Positions 25,954 to 37,490 of a DNA stretch of 64,000 nucleotides are shown here, piece by piece. The position numbers and the translations under genes were made by a program. Position 1 is the first letter of the stretch; every line of letters begins with the position of its first letter. This stretch comes from Eledone cirrhosa (Eukaryota): NCBI GenBank assembly GCA_964016885.1, contig OZ024744.1, positions 49,476,001 to 49,540,000 of the forward strand, in the 5' to 3' direction. The notes beneath the pieces are model-generated. The model saw only the letters and a list, made by a program, of their open reading frames with translations, searched no databases and was not told the origin of the DNA.

Positions 25954-26134
25954 CATATGCATGTATACATACATACATACATACATGTAAATATATATAC
26001 ATACATTCAAATATATTTGTATATATATGTATATGTCATCATCATCATCATCATCATCGTTTAACGTCCATCTTCCATGCTTGCATGGGTATATACACAC
26101 ACATACATATACACATAAATGCATAAAAACTTTT

Positions 26135-26548
26135 TCCAGTCACATGCAGGATCCATAGAAATGGTTGATAACTTCTGCTATATAGGTGACCTAATTAGCA
26201 GCTGAGGAGGATGTTCTGAGAACATAATAGCTAGAATAAGGATAGGATGGAAGAAGTTTAGAGAGCTACTCCTACTGTTGACAACAAAAGGTTTCTCCCT
26301 ATGTACAAAAGTACAGCTGTATGATGCTTGCATGTGAAGTGTGATGCTTCATGGTAACAAAACGTGGGCTGTAACTGTAGAGGAGATGATAGACTGGAAA
26401 GAAATGTATCTAACATGATGTGCACTGAAAATGTGAGAGAAATGCAGAGCTTGGATGAATTGAAGGAAAAACTGTGTTTAAGAGAAATCCTAGGTGGTGG
26501 GGAGGGGAGAAGACTGCATTGTACGGACGTGTTGTGCATGGATGAACA
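26135..26548 (+). mobile_element. Decayed RTE fragment
   Basis: VDNFCYIGD, RIRIGWKKFRELLLL. Confidence 0.7.
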
Positions 26549-26776
26549 TGCATATACATATATATATACATATGTAGAGCAGGGAAATGAAACATCGGTT
26601 TTTCTAATACACACACACATATATATATGTATACATATTTTTGGTGTCACACTTTTTAACTGTTTTCTCTGGACGATAATGTATTAACTTTTCGCCCCAT
26701 TAAATGCTTTGTAATTGCCTCAAACAAATTGAATAGTACATGGTGTACGGCAGCAACAACTTTCGACCTATACCTA

Positions 26777-26872
<96 letters not shown>

Positions 26873-26944
26873 ATATATACATATATATGTATATGTATTT
26901 TATGTATACATATATATGTATATATTCTTATATATACTTATATA

Positions 26945-27170
26945 TGTATATATTTTTATATATACATATATATATGTATATATTTTATATATACATATAT
27001 ATATGTATATATTTTATATATACATATATATATGTATATATTTTATATATACATATATATATGTATATATTTTATATATACATATATATATGTATATATT
27101 TTATATATACATATATATATATGTATATATTTTATATATACATATATATCTATATATTTTATATATACAT
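26945..27170. repeat. ~29-bp TA-derived minisatellite (~8 copies)
   Basis: Unit GTATATATTTTATATATACATATATATAT. Confidence 0.8.
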
Positions 27171-27582
27171 AAACATTTGTATATAGGTTGACTGAAGAGT
27201 TGGGCCTGTCTGTTTATCCATTGTTTTTTCCCATTGTCTTTGTCATGTGCTGTCTCTATTTTGAATTTATCTTAGTCATGTAGTTTTTTTTAAAAACTAT
27301 CATACAATAGACATCACACTGCCTGGCCTGTTCTCCCCTATTTTCTACACCTCAGAGCCCTTCTATGTCTCCATGTTGGACAACAGTCCTTATTCCCTTC
27401 TGATTTACTATTTCTCTTATTTCTATATTTTTCTCATTTGGTTAAACCCTTCCACACTCTATATTTGTGATATTTACCTCAAGGCATAACTTGTCTCTAC
27501 CTGTTTTGTTATGTCCCAATGTGCACTGGAATGAACAGTGTCGACCTTAATGAACTGATATATATATACATATATACATATA

Positions 27583-27873
27583 GACCAAATAAATGAGATA
27601 ATGAGATCGAGATCGAGATCGTGTAGGTGTCACGACAAAAAGACACACAGTCCATGTAATGTGGCCATGTAGGCCACATTACATGGACTGTTCCCAGTCC
27701 ACACTGTAAATGTAGTTGGTGTTAGGAAGGGCATCCAGCCGTAGAAAATCTGCCAGACAGTCCTACATGAGCGAGACACAGTCACCCGACCAACCTTTCC
27801 TCAAGTGGGACCACTCCCGTCTAACCCATGCTAGCGTGGAAGATGGACGTTAAACGATGATGATGATGGTGAT
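27583..27873 (+). mobile_element. RTE 3' UTR fragment with an internal 20-bp hairpin
   Basis: Matches 30665-30930 and ends in a (GAT)n tail. Confidence 0.8.
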
Positions 27874-27928
27874 ATATATATACATACATATATATATATA
27901 TATATACATACATATATATATACATACA

Positions 27929-27956
<28 letters not shown>

Positions 27957-27959
<3 letters not shown>

Positions 27960-28146
27960 CATCATCATCATTTCATTTTACGTCCACTTTTCCCTGCTTG
28001 CAAGGGTGGGACAGGAACTGATTCTGGCTTGATTTCTACAGCTGGATGCCCTTCCTAACACCAACCTCATTTACAGTGAGTGCTGGGTCTTTTTTTCCGT
28101 GGCACCTCCACGACCACTTTGCAGTGGAATGATAGGGACTGGGGTC
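27957..28146 (-). mobile_element. SINE B, 5'-truncated
   Basis: 3' half of family B. Confidence 0.8.
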
Positions 28147-28317
28147 TGTTCATTGTCATGCTATCTATATATAGAGAGTGAAACACTACACCTCTCACAC
28201 TATTCACTTCCTCCTCTCTCTAAATAAATGTTTGTTGTTGGCTGATCTCACATCTGACTCACTTGTCAATTCTTTTTTCTGAAAATCTTTGAATCTATCT
28301 TAATGTCTCTCATTGGT

Positions 28318-28500
28318 GAATTTGCAGTATCGGTAGAGTGTTGGACGCCATGCTTTCTAGCATAGTTACGTCCCTTTAAAGTCTGAGTTCAAATCCCTCC
28401 GAGGTTAACTTTGCCTTTCATCCTTACGGGGTCGATAAAATAAAGTACCAGTAATGTACTGGCTAATTGCTGGCCTTGTGCCTAAAGTAGAAACAATTAT
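28318..28500 (+). mobile_element. tRNA-derived SINE, family A
   Basis: GCAGTATCGGTAGAG head and box B GAGTTCAAATCC. Confidence 0.85.
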
Positions 28501-28665
28501 ATTTTTCTTTCTGAACTTCTCTCTATTTCTCTTCTTTCCATCTCTCTCTCTCTCTCACTAAAAAGAAGCGAGAGAGAGAGGAGAATAGAGAGACATATAT
28601 ATATGTATATACATATATATATATACATATACATATTTATATATTCGCACACACACACACACACA

Positions 28666-28705
<40 letters not shown>

Positions 28706-28772
28706 CGTAAAATAAGAAAATTTAAAAAAAAATTTTAAAAATTAACTTATATATATATATATATATATATAT

Positions 28773-30932
28773 GACGCTGATAAGAAGGTAGCTTGGAAGT
28801 GTCACTATGAAAGGCTACTAAATGAGGAGAATAAATGGGAGAAAGACAGTCTCCCCCATATCGACCCAATAGAGGGACCAGCAGTGTTAGTCGAGGGGAG
28901 TATAATAAGTAAGGCAATCAAGGATATGAAGACGGGTAAGGCGGCTGGGCCTTCGGAAATAGTTGCTGAGATGCTGAAGGCATCTGGCACGGTGGGACAC
29001 ACCATGGTCACCCGCATAGTTAACCAAGTCGTACAGAATGGGGTTGTTCCGAAGGACTGGCATAGCAGCATCATCGTTAACTGTTATAAGGGTAAAGGAG
29101 ACGCCCTAGATAGGAGTAACTATAGAGGCATTAAATTAATCGACCAGGTCATGAAGGTCACGGAAAAAGTAATAGCGCAACTAATCAGAGAGAGAATTGA
29201 CCTAGATGAAATGCAGTTCGGGTTTGTGTCAGGCAAAAGTACCACAGACGCTCTTTTCATAGTACGACAACTACCGGAGAAGTACCTAGCTAAAGGTAAA
29301 CCCCTCTACTTAGCTTTTGTCGACTTGGAGAAAGCCTTCGACAGAGTCCCCCGCTCCATTATCTGGTGGGCTCTTAGAAAACTAGGCGTTGACGAATGGC
29401 TTGTGAGGGCTATACAAGCCATGTATAAAGAAACAGTCAGCAAGGTTAGAATTAACAACGAATATAGTGAAGAGTTTAGCGTAAAAGTTGGCGTCCATCA
29501 GGGCTCTGTTCTCAGCCCACTACTATTTATTATTGCCCTTCAGGCTATAACAGAGGAGTTCAAGACAGGCTGCCCATGGGAACTCCTATACGCAGACGAC
29601 CTGACACTCATAGCGGAATCAATGGCCGAGCTAGAGAAGAAATTCCAAACATGGAAGCACGGCCTAGAGTCAAAAGGACTTAAAATTAACCTGGCTAAGA
29701 CCAAAGTACTAGTTTGTAGGAAAGAAAACAAGGCGGCGGTCCCTTCTGGGAAATGGTCGTGCTCGGTGTGTAGGAAAGGCGTAGGTAGAAACTCCATTTT
29801 ATGTCCTAAATGCAAAGTATGGGTGCATAAAAGATGTAGTGGGATCACAGGTAAGCTAACTAAGAACATAGATTTTACATGTGGCCGGTGTTCTGGTGCA
29901 ATAAGTAGCAGCAAGTGCCCACAAAATACTAGCTCTTTCAATTGCGCAGAGGGTTCTATAGAAATAGTGGACAGCTTCCGTTACCTGGGCGATAAAATCA
30001 GCAGTGGGGGAGGGTGCTCTGAAAGTACTGTAGCTAGAGTCAGAACTGGTTGGAAAAAGTTCAGAGAGCTTATACCACTATTAGCTGCTAAAGGGTTCTC
30101 CCTAAAAATGAAAGGCAGGTTGTACGATGCCTGCATACGAACAGCAATGCTGCATGGCAGTGAGACCTGAGCATTGTGTGCAGACTAGAGAGAAACGAAG
30201 CTTGCATGCTCCGCTGGATGTGTAACAGTAATATACGTGAACGGCAAAGCATAAACGAACTAAGGAAAAAATTAGAGATAAGAGGGATCAGATGTTGTTT
30301 ACTCGAGAGAAGGCTACGTTGGTATGGAGACGTGATGCGCATGAAAGTCGATAGCTGTATAACAAAGTGCAGGGCAATAAAGATAGACGGTAGTCACGGA
30401 ATAGGCAGACCTAGAAAAACCTGGGACGAGCTGATAAACTCCGACATCACACACTTACACCTCTCCAAGACAATGTCACTGGACCGAGACCTTTGGCGGT
30501 ACTCAGTAACAGAGAAGACCCGCCTTACCTAAATATATAGTAAAACCTACTCCAGCCAGTAGGCATCTCTAACAAAATACCCCCCCCCCCCCCCCACCCC
30601 ACCCCCACCCCATCCACACCACCCCGTTCTATGTAAAGTTATGTTGGTGCCACGCCATCGAGGCCGAAACAAATGAGATCGTGTAGGTGTCACGACAAAA
30701 AAACACACAGTCCACGCTGTAATGTGGCCGTGTAGGCAACACGGTAAAAACCTCCCAGACCCACACTGTAAATGTGGTTGGTGTTAGGAAGGGCATCCAA
30801 CTGTAGAAAACCTGCCAGACAGTCCTATGCGAGCAAGACAATCACTCTTGCCTCAAGTGGGACTACCCCCGTCCAAACCCATGCAAGCGTGGAACACGGA
30901 CGTTAAACGTTGATGATGATGATGATGATGAT
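28773..30932 (+). mobile_element. Young 5'-truncated RTE LINE (subfamily 1) with ~54-bp TSD
   Basis: ORFs 28884-30170 and 30176-30532 contain the full RT ([21 protein letters not shown]). A TGG>TGA change and a 13-nt GCAGA-microhomology deletion lie at ~30170-30185. TSD 28696-28749 / 30931-30985. Confidence 0.95.
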
Positions 30933-31204
30933 ATAAAAGACGTAAAATAAAAAAATTTAAAAAAAAATTTTAAAAAATTAACTTACTTAAATTTTTTTTT
31001 TTATTTTCTTATTTTACGTCTTTTATATTATTGTTCTGCATCCTCCTGCATTGAACCACCTAGGTACTATGACAAAACCTGTGTATTTGCTGGCATTAGT
31101 GTACATCTGTGCGCTTATGTTAGTAGATATATTAATTATCTATATATATATATATATATAAATATATAATATATATAAATGTAATCTGAGTTTTTCGAAT
31201 ATTA

Positions 31205-31390
31205 ATAATTGTTTCTACTTTTTGGCACAAGGCCAGCAATTACCCAGTGCATTACTGGTACTTTATTTTATCGACCCCGTAAGGATGAAAGGCAAAGTTA
31301 ACCTCGGCGGGATTTGAACTCAGAATGGCAAAGACCGTAACTCTATGCGTCAAAGCATGGCGTCCGACCCTCTACCGATACTGCCAATCC
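31205..31390 (-). mobile_element. SINE A inserted in the left inverted arm
   Basis: Full family A copy interrupting GAATATTAATAAT|AATATTTGATTCG. Confidence 0.9.
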
Positions 31391-31690
31391 AATATTTGAT
31401 TCGTTTGTAATTATGCAAACAGCCTCTTTTATAAGCCATGTCAGTAGAATGAGCCCCCTCATTCTCGCTCTTGTGTTGGCATGCAAACAGAACTGCATTA
31501 ATCGCTCAGATACAGGAAACTGACTAGCCTGTCTGCTGATATGTAAATCTGGCTGATCAGTGGGTCTGCTCATATGCAGATCTGACTGATCAGCCAGTCT
31601 GCTAATATGGAAATATGGGTGATCAGTCACTGTATATTATAGAAAATATCATATATTTTCACTAGCTCTGACAGTTGGCAGGTGAACAGT

Positions 31691-31740
31691 GAACTGTACT
31701 GATGAAGGGTGATACCCAGAAACATTAGTGTCTGCAGTTC
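31691..31740 (+). ncRNA. Type I hammerhead ribozyme, GUC site
   Basis: GAACUGUA CUGAUGA A GGGU GAU ACCC A GAAAC AUUAGU GUC UGCAGUUC: 8-bp stem I with one GU pair, cleavage predicted after 31732; the A-A closing stem II is atypical. Confidence 0.8.
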
Positions 31741-32046
31741 TGTTTACATGCTAACACAAGAGCAAGAATGACATGGCTTAAAAAAAGAGGCTGTTTGCAT
31801 AATTGCAAACGAATCAAATATTATTATTAATATTCGAAAAACTCAGATTACATTTAGCGTATTCAGCCATGCAGAGCGAAATCTTTTTATTTATTCATAT
31901 ATATATATATTAGAAAGTGAGGTTTTTCTTACAAAATGAAAAATAACCGAGGTGTCCTTCACGAGTGAAGGTATAAAGAAAAAGAGATGAAATCAAAAAT
32001 GCAACTGTAGTCTTATTTTAAAAAATATATATATATTTATTTGTTT

Positions 32047-32084
32047 CCTTTACCAGTTTCGCAGTTCTTCTGCTTTTCAAAAGG
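32047..32084 (-). ncRNA. Degenerate hammerhead relic
   Basis: CCUU UUGAAAA GCAG AAGAA CUGC GAAAC UG GUA AAGG: stems intact, two core mismatches. Confidence 0.5.
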
Positions 32085-32119
32085 TGAGTTGAGATGGAGG
32101 GTCTGTGGTTTTTCTCACA

Positions 32120-32155
<36 letters not shown>

Positions 32156-32157
<2 letters not shown>

Positions 32158-32782
32158 CTCGAGAGAAGGCTACGTTGGTATGGACACGTGATGCGCATGA
32201 AAGTCGATAGCTGTATAACAAAGTGCAGGGCAATAAAGATAGACGGTAGTCACGGAATAGGCAGACCTAGAAAAACCTGGGACGAGCTGATAAACTCCGA
32301 CATCACACACTTACACCTCTCCAAGACAATGTCACTGGACCGAGACCTTTGGCGGTACTCAGTAACAGAGAAGACCCGCCTTACCTAAATATATAGTAAA
32401 ACCTACTCCAGCCAGTAGGCATCTCTAACAAATACACCCCGTCCCACCACCCCCACCCGATCCACACCCCCCGTTCTATGTAAAGTTATGTTGGTGCCGC
32501 GCCATCGAGGCCGAAACAAATGAGATCGTGTAGGTGTCACGACAAAAAAACACACAGTCCACGCTGTAATGTGGCCGTGTAGGCAACACGGTAAAAACCT
32601 CCCAGACCCACACTGTAAATGTGGTTGGTGTTAGGAAGGGCATCCAACTGTAGAAAACCTGCCAGACAGTCCTATGCGAGCAAGACAATCACTCTTGCCT
32701 CAAGTGGGACTACCCCCGTCCAAACCCATGCAAGCGTGGAACACGGACGTTAAACGCTGATGATGATGATGATGATGATGAT
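32156..32782 (+). mobile_element. Young RTE subfamily 1 3' fragment
   Basis: Near-identical to 30300-30932; TSD ATAATACT at 32152-32159 / 32781-32788. Confidence 0.9.
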
Positions 32783-33440
32783 AATACTTATAAAAAGGAA
32801 GTTTGTATGTTGACCACTAATAGCACTAAATAAAATTGGTAATAATTAAAGCTTTTCATTTGTTTTAAAACGATCTTACATCCACGTCACTCACCAATGA
32901 CTCCTTTTTTCCGAAAACAGAGGCAGGGAGATAGGGGGGATCTTTGGAGTTACAGATAAGTTCTTTCCAGCCATTTAAATTTATAGAAAAGAGCACCCTA
33001 GGGGGCGTTTTGCAACTCCAGGGGACGTTTTGGAGCAAGGGGGCATCAGGGGGGGGGGACGCTAGGGGGCACTGGAAGGCTCTTTACTTTGGTATATTTT
33101 ATAAGCCATATTTGTATGTCCCTGAGACAGCCAGTGTGAATGCATTTGAATGAGCATGCAGACAGCATAACTATGGTCTGACCGCAGCTGTAAGCCGGTG
33201 TACAGGTGTGTCTAGACATTAACCAGCAATTGAGATCCTAAAAATGGAAAAAAACCACAGTCAGCTGGGTCAAGGACACTTTGAGCGCAGCGTTAGAATC
33301 TTGTTTTTCCTTCACCGATAACAATGTATTTCATGTCTGAAATTATTGACTCAACCGTAACGAGTTAACACTATGTAGATCTATTTTATTCCCTATTGTA
33401 TAAATAATATTACAAACAAAAAAAGAAAAGAAAAAACACA

Positions 33441-33682
33441 GAAGCAGGTAGCACACACATCTAGGACCACATACAACACATAAGCAGGTAATACACACAT
33501 CTAGGACCACATACAACTCATAATCAGGTAATACATACAGCTGGGACCACATGCAATACATAAGCAGGTAATACATACATCTAGGACTACATACAACACA
33601 TAAGCAGGTAATACACACATCTACGACCACATACAACACACAAGCAGGTAATACATACATCTAGGACTACATACAACACACA
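33441..33682 (+). repeat. 40-bp minisatellite, 6 copies
   Basis: Unit TAAGCAGGTAATACACACATCTAGGACCACATACAACACA. Confidence 0.9.
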
Positions 33683-33687
33683 TTGTA

Positions 33688-35521
33688 TCATGTGCTACGG
33701 GCGACACAAGAGCAATGGTCGGCCAACATAAGGGTTTCATCACTCTTCTGAAGAGAGAAAATCTATCTGTATTTGCTGTTCATTGTGTCATTCATCGACA
33801 ACACTAGGCTGCGAAGAAACTCAGTGGTGGCCATTGATGTCATCAATTTTATCAAATGCCATTCCCTCGATGAACAAATTTTTCGGCAACTGTGCCAAGA
33901 TAATACCAAACTATAACTTTCCTAGTGTCGCCAATGTTCAAAATATTGTAAACAATGACCAACTCCAAATTTATACCACTCATCTCCGTGCACTACAAGA
34001 CAACATGAGAGAACAGTTTGTTGACCTTTTGCTGATGGACATCCCAATGGGTATAGCAGATCCCTTCATAGCTAACGTCGACGATTTGGACGTTATATTT
34101 CAGGAAGAATTCATTGAACTTCAAGCAGATGACATGATCAAAATTAGATTTCCCAAAATAGGTGAACCCCTTTTTTGGATGCAAGAGGAAATTCAGCGTC
34201 GATTTCCACTCCTACAAGCAGAGGCTAAGAGATTTGCTCTGCCTTTTCCAAGCTCATACTTAGTCGAGAGGAGGTTTGGTGCTGTTTCCAGACTGCACAG
34301 TAAGGCTCGCAACCGCTGCAATGTAATTTCACGTGGAGATCACTGGCTACATCTTACGAAAATTCAGCCTCACGTCAAAAAGTTAGCTAGACTCCATGAA
34401 GTTCAAGGGTTCCATTGAAATGAGGTCAAAGTTAAAGTAAGTTGATTTTTTTCAGAAAACTTGGATATGCTATTGTTACAAAGCAAACTAACAATTTTTT
34501 TATTTGTAGTTGCAGTCTGACTGGACTGGAAGCCATCTACTACAATTCACTTACTCATTTGTTGTATATATTTTACCATTTACTAATAAATATACCCTCT
34601 TATATAGTCATGAAAACCCTCTTCCATTGTCTCTAAGCTCACAAAGCGGAGGGGACATCAAGTTAGATATCAACATTTATTCTGTCCGTTTCAATAAAGA
34701 GAAAATTGGAAACCTTTGAAATAATATAATTGCCACTTTCTTCCAGATAAGACCACTCTTTCGATAGACAGAGTTGCTCTTGTATAATTGTTCATAATAG
34801 CTGGTATCGCCTGGTGGGAATATAACAAATTCAACTGGTCCTTCAGCAGCTCCATTTTACGTCCATTCTTCCACGCTAGCATGGGTTAGACGGGTTGTCC
34901 TGTTGTGGGTGTCCGGTCAACTGACCTTGTCTTGCTCATACAGGAACTGATTCTGGCTTGATTTTTACAGCTGGATGCCCTTCCTAACACCAACCTCATT
35001 TACAGTGAGTGCTGGGTGCTTTTTTCTGTGGTGACTACACATCCACTTTTACAGTGTGGGCTGGGTGCTTTTTTTGCCGTGGCACCTCCACGACCACTTT
35101 GCAGTGGAATGATAGGGACCCCAGTTCTATCATCTCATTTCTACAGCTGAGTAAACTGGAGCAATGTGAAATAAAGTGTCTTGCTCAAGGAAACAACACA
35201 TCACCCGGTCCGAGAATTGAACTCACAACCTTTCGATTGCAAGCCCAATGCTCTAACCACTAAGCCATGTACCTTCCTTATTCATAAAAAAGAACATTTA
35301 TGTTCCTTTTTTTGAAATTTATATATTTCCTTTCAAGGAATGTATTTATACTCTCAGATGCCTGCAATGGTATCTTTGGAATATTGTTAATCAATTTTTT
35401 AGAAATCGACTGATATCAAAATCAGTAGTATATTGAAAAATGGAAAAATATGGTAGGGGGGTGTTTCATGATTTTGAGGCACAAAATGAGGCATTTGGCC
35501 TAAATGGGTTGAGAACCTGTG
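33688..35521 (+). mobile_element. hAT (Buster/Charlie-type) transposon relic
   Basis: AMVGQHKGFITLLK..AVHCVIHRQH (CxxH) and LPFPSSYLVERRF dimerisation domain. Right TIR-like GGTTGAGAACCTGTG at 35507-35521 is followed by ATCTAGAC (nnnTAnnn). Left TIR not found. Confidence 0.8.
34851..35277 (-). mobile_element. SINE B variant with the full subfamily-2 RTE tail
   Basis: Same head and core as other B copies, but the tail continues CAGTTCCTGTATGAGCAAG...CCATGCTAGCGTGG. Confidence 0.85.
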
Positions 35522-35524
35522 ATC

Positions 35525-37490
35525 TAGACTGAGAAAACTACAGAGGAATCAAATTGGTTGACTAGTTCATGAAGGTCACAGAAAGAGTTATAGCATAGAA
35601 GATTAGAGACTGAGATAACCTAGATGAGATGCAGTTTGGATCTGTGCCAGGTAAAAGTACCACAGATGTCCTCTTTTTGTGAGGAAACTGCAGGAGAAGT
35701 ACCTAGCTAAAAGTAAACCCCTCTACTTAGCTTTTGTTGACCTGGAGAAAGCCTTTGATAGGGTTCCCTGTTCCATTATCTCATGGGCTCTTAGAAAACT
35801 ATGAGTAGATGAATGACTTGTGAAGGCAGTACAAGCCATGTATAGAGGAACAGTCAGCAAGGTTAGAATTAACAATGACTATAGTGAAGAATTTAGCATA
35901 TAGGTCGGTGTCCATCAGGACTCTGTCCTTAGTCCTCTCCTGTTTATTATTATCCTACATGCTATAACATAAGAGTTTAAGACTGGCAGCTCATGAAAAC
36001 TTTTGTATGCAGATCATCTAACTTTTGTAGCTGAATCTATGGCAGAATTAGAGAAGAAATTCCAAACCTGGAAGCGTGGCCTAGAAGGATCAAGATATTT
36101 GATATTATGCAGTAATACTGAAGACCTGCCTTCCCATGTGCACAAGTTGAAGCAAACATTTGGTATACAGCACTTAACCCCTATCCCCCCACTTCCATAC
36201 ACTTCAGATGTGCTAACACTCCCCCCACACACATCCTAATCACCCCAACCTTCTCCCACACATTTGCAGCCCCTCCCCAGTCCCCAGTCCACACTAAAAG
36301 TGATTGTTTTGTTGCCATGACAAAATGCACCTAGTCCACACTGAAAAAGTTCAGTGTAGTACTACCACTGTTAGCTACTAAAGGTTTTTTTCCCGTCAAA
36401 ATGAAAGGCAGACTGTATGAAGCTTGTCTTTCAATAACAATGCTGTATGGAAGTGAAACCTGGGCAATATGTGCAGAGGACCTACGAAGATTGGAAAGAG
36501 ATGATGCTTGAATGCTCCAATGGATGTGCAATAGTAGTGTGCATGAATGACAAAACACCAATAAACTGAGAGTATGGAGGATGGAAACAGTATAAAACAA
36601 TGCAAGGTGATTCAAGTAGATGGAAATTATAAAAGAAGAAGGCCGAGGGATGAAGAGATAAAAGCTGATCTTGCCCTATTAAATCTTACAAAGAAGAGGA
36701 CACAGGATCGAAATCTCTGGTGCCATGCTGTACTGCAGATGACCTGCCTTCCCATGTACACAGAAGGAAATGAAACAAACATGTAGAGGACACAATAGTC
36801 TGTACCAATCTTCTCTGTATCCCTCCCCATTCACTCTCTCCAAACTTAATACCCTGCTCTCACCAACTAAATATCCCATGCACCTCGTTGATGTAGAACT
36901 TGCTTACTTGCCCTCCAACTTCAAACTCTCCCCTCTGATGCACCTTACCTCCCCAACCCACGCATACAAGTATAAAAGTTGGATACAGTCTACATCTGAT
37001 CTCACACAATGCCATTAGTATGACAAAAAGCACTAAGACTACACTGTATGCTGATCCAGAACAACAACAACAAAAGCACCTAGTCCATTCTGTAAAGTGG
37101 TTATAATGATGACATAAGAAAAAGCACCAAGTCCAACCTGCAGGGTGGTCGAGCTGGTAACATGACTAAAAGCACCCAGTCCACCCTATAAGGTGGTCGT
37201 GCAGGTGACACAATAAAAAGCAGCCAGTCAACTTTGTCAGGTGGTCATGCTGGTGACACAACAAAAAGCACCTAGTTCACACTGTTAGGTGGTTGTTTTG
37301 GTGCCATGATAAAAAGCACCCAGTCGAAACTGTAACATGGTAGGCATCAGGAAATGCATCCAGCTGTACAAACCAAGCCAAAATATAGATCCATATGAGG
37401 ACATAGCCTCCAAACATGACTTACATCATATCATGACAACCCACCTAATACATTCAAGTGTTGAAATGGATGTTAAATGATGATGATAAT
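35525..37490 (+). mobile_element. Decayed, rearranged RTE LINE(s)
   Basis: NYRGIKL, FVDLEKAFD, LYADHL and YGSETW; 3' UTR tandem array at ~37020-37335; (GAT)n at ~37478. Confidence 0.8.

Larger units (their letters stand above)
31176..31856. mobile_element. PLE/retrozyme-like element with inverted arms and a hammerhead
   Basis: 31176-31497 (minus the SINE) is the reverse complement of 31733-31856; ~33-bp repeats at 31519-31630. Confidence 0.7.

Noticed and set aside
26756-26779. Mariner-like TIR (minus TATTAGGTATAGGTCGAAAG)
   Set aside because: Partner TIR not seen.
33441-33682. CRISPR-like periodicity (also 22135 and 60261)
   Set aside because: Units are contiguous with no unique spacers, no cas genes are present, and the context is eukaryotic.
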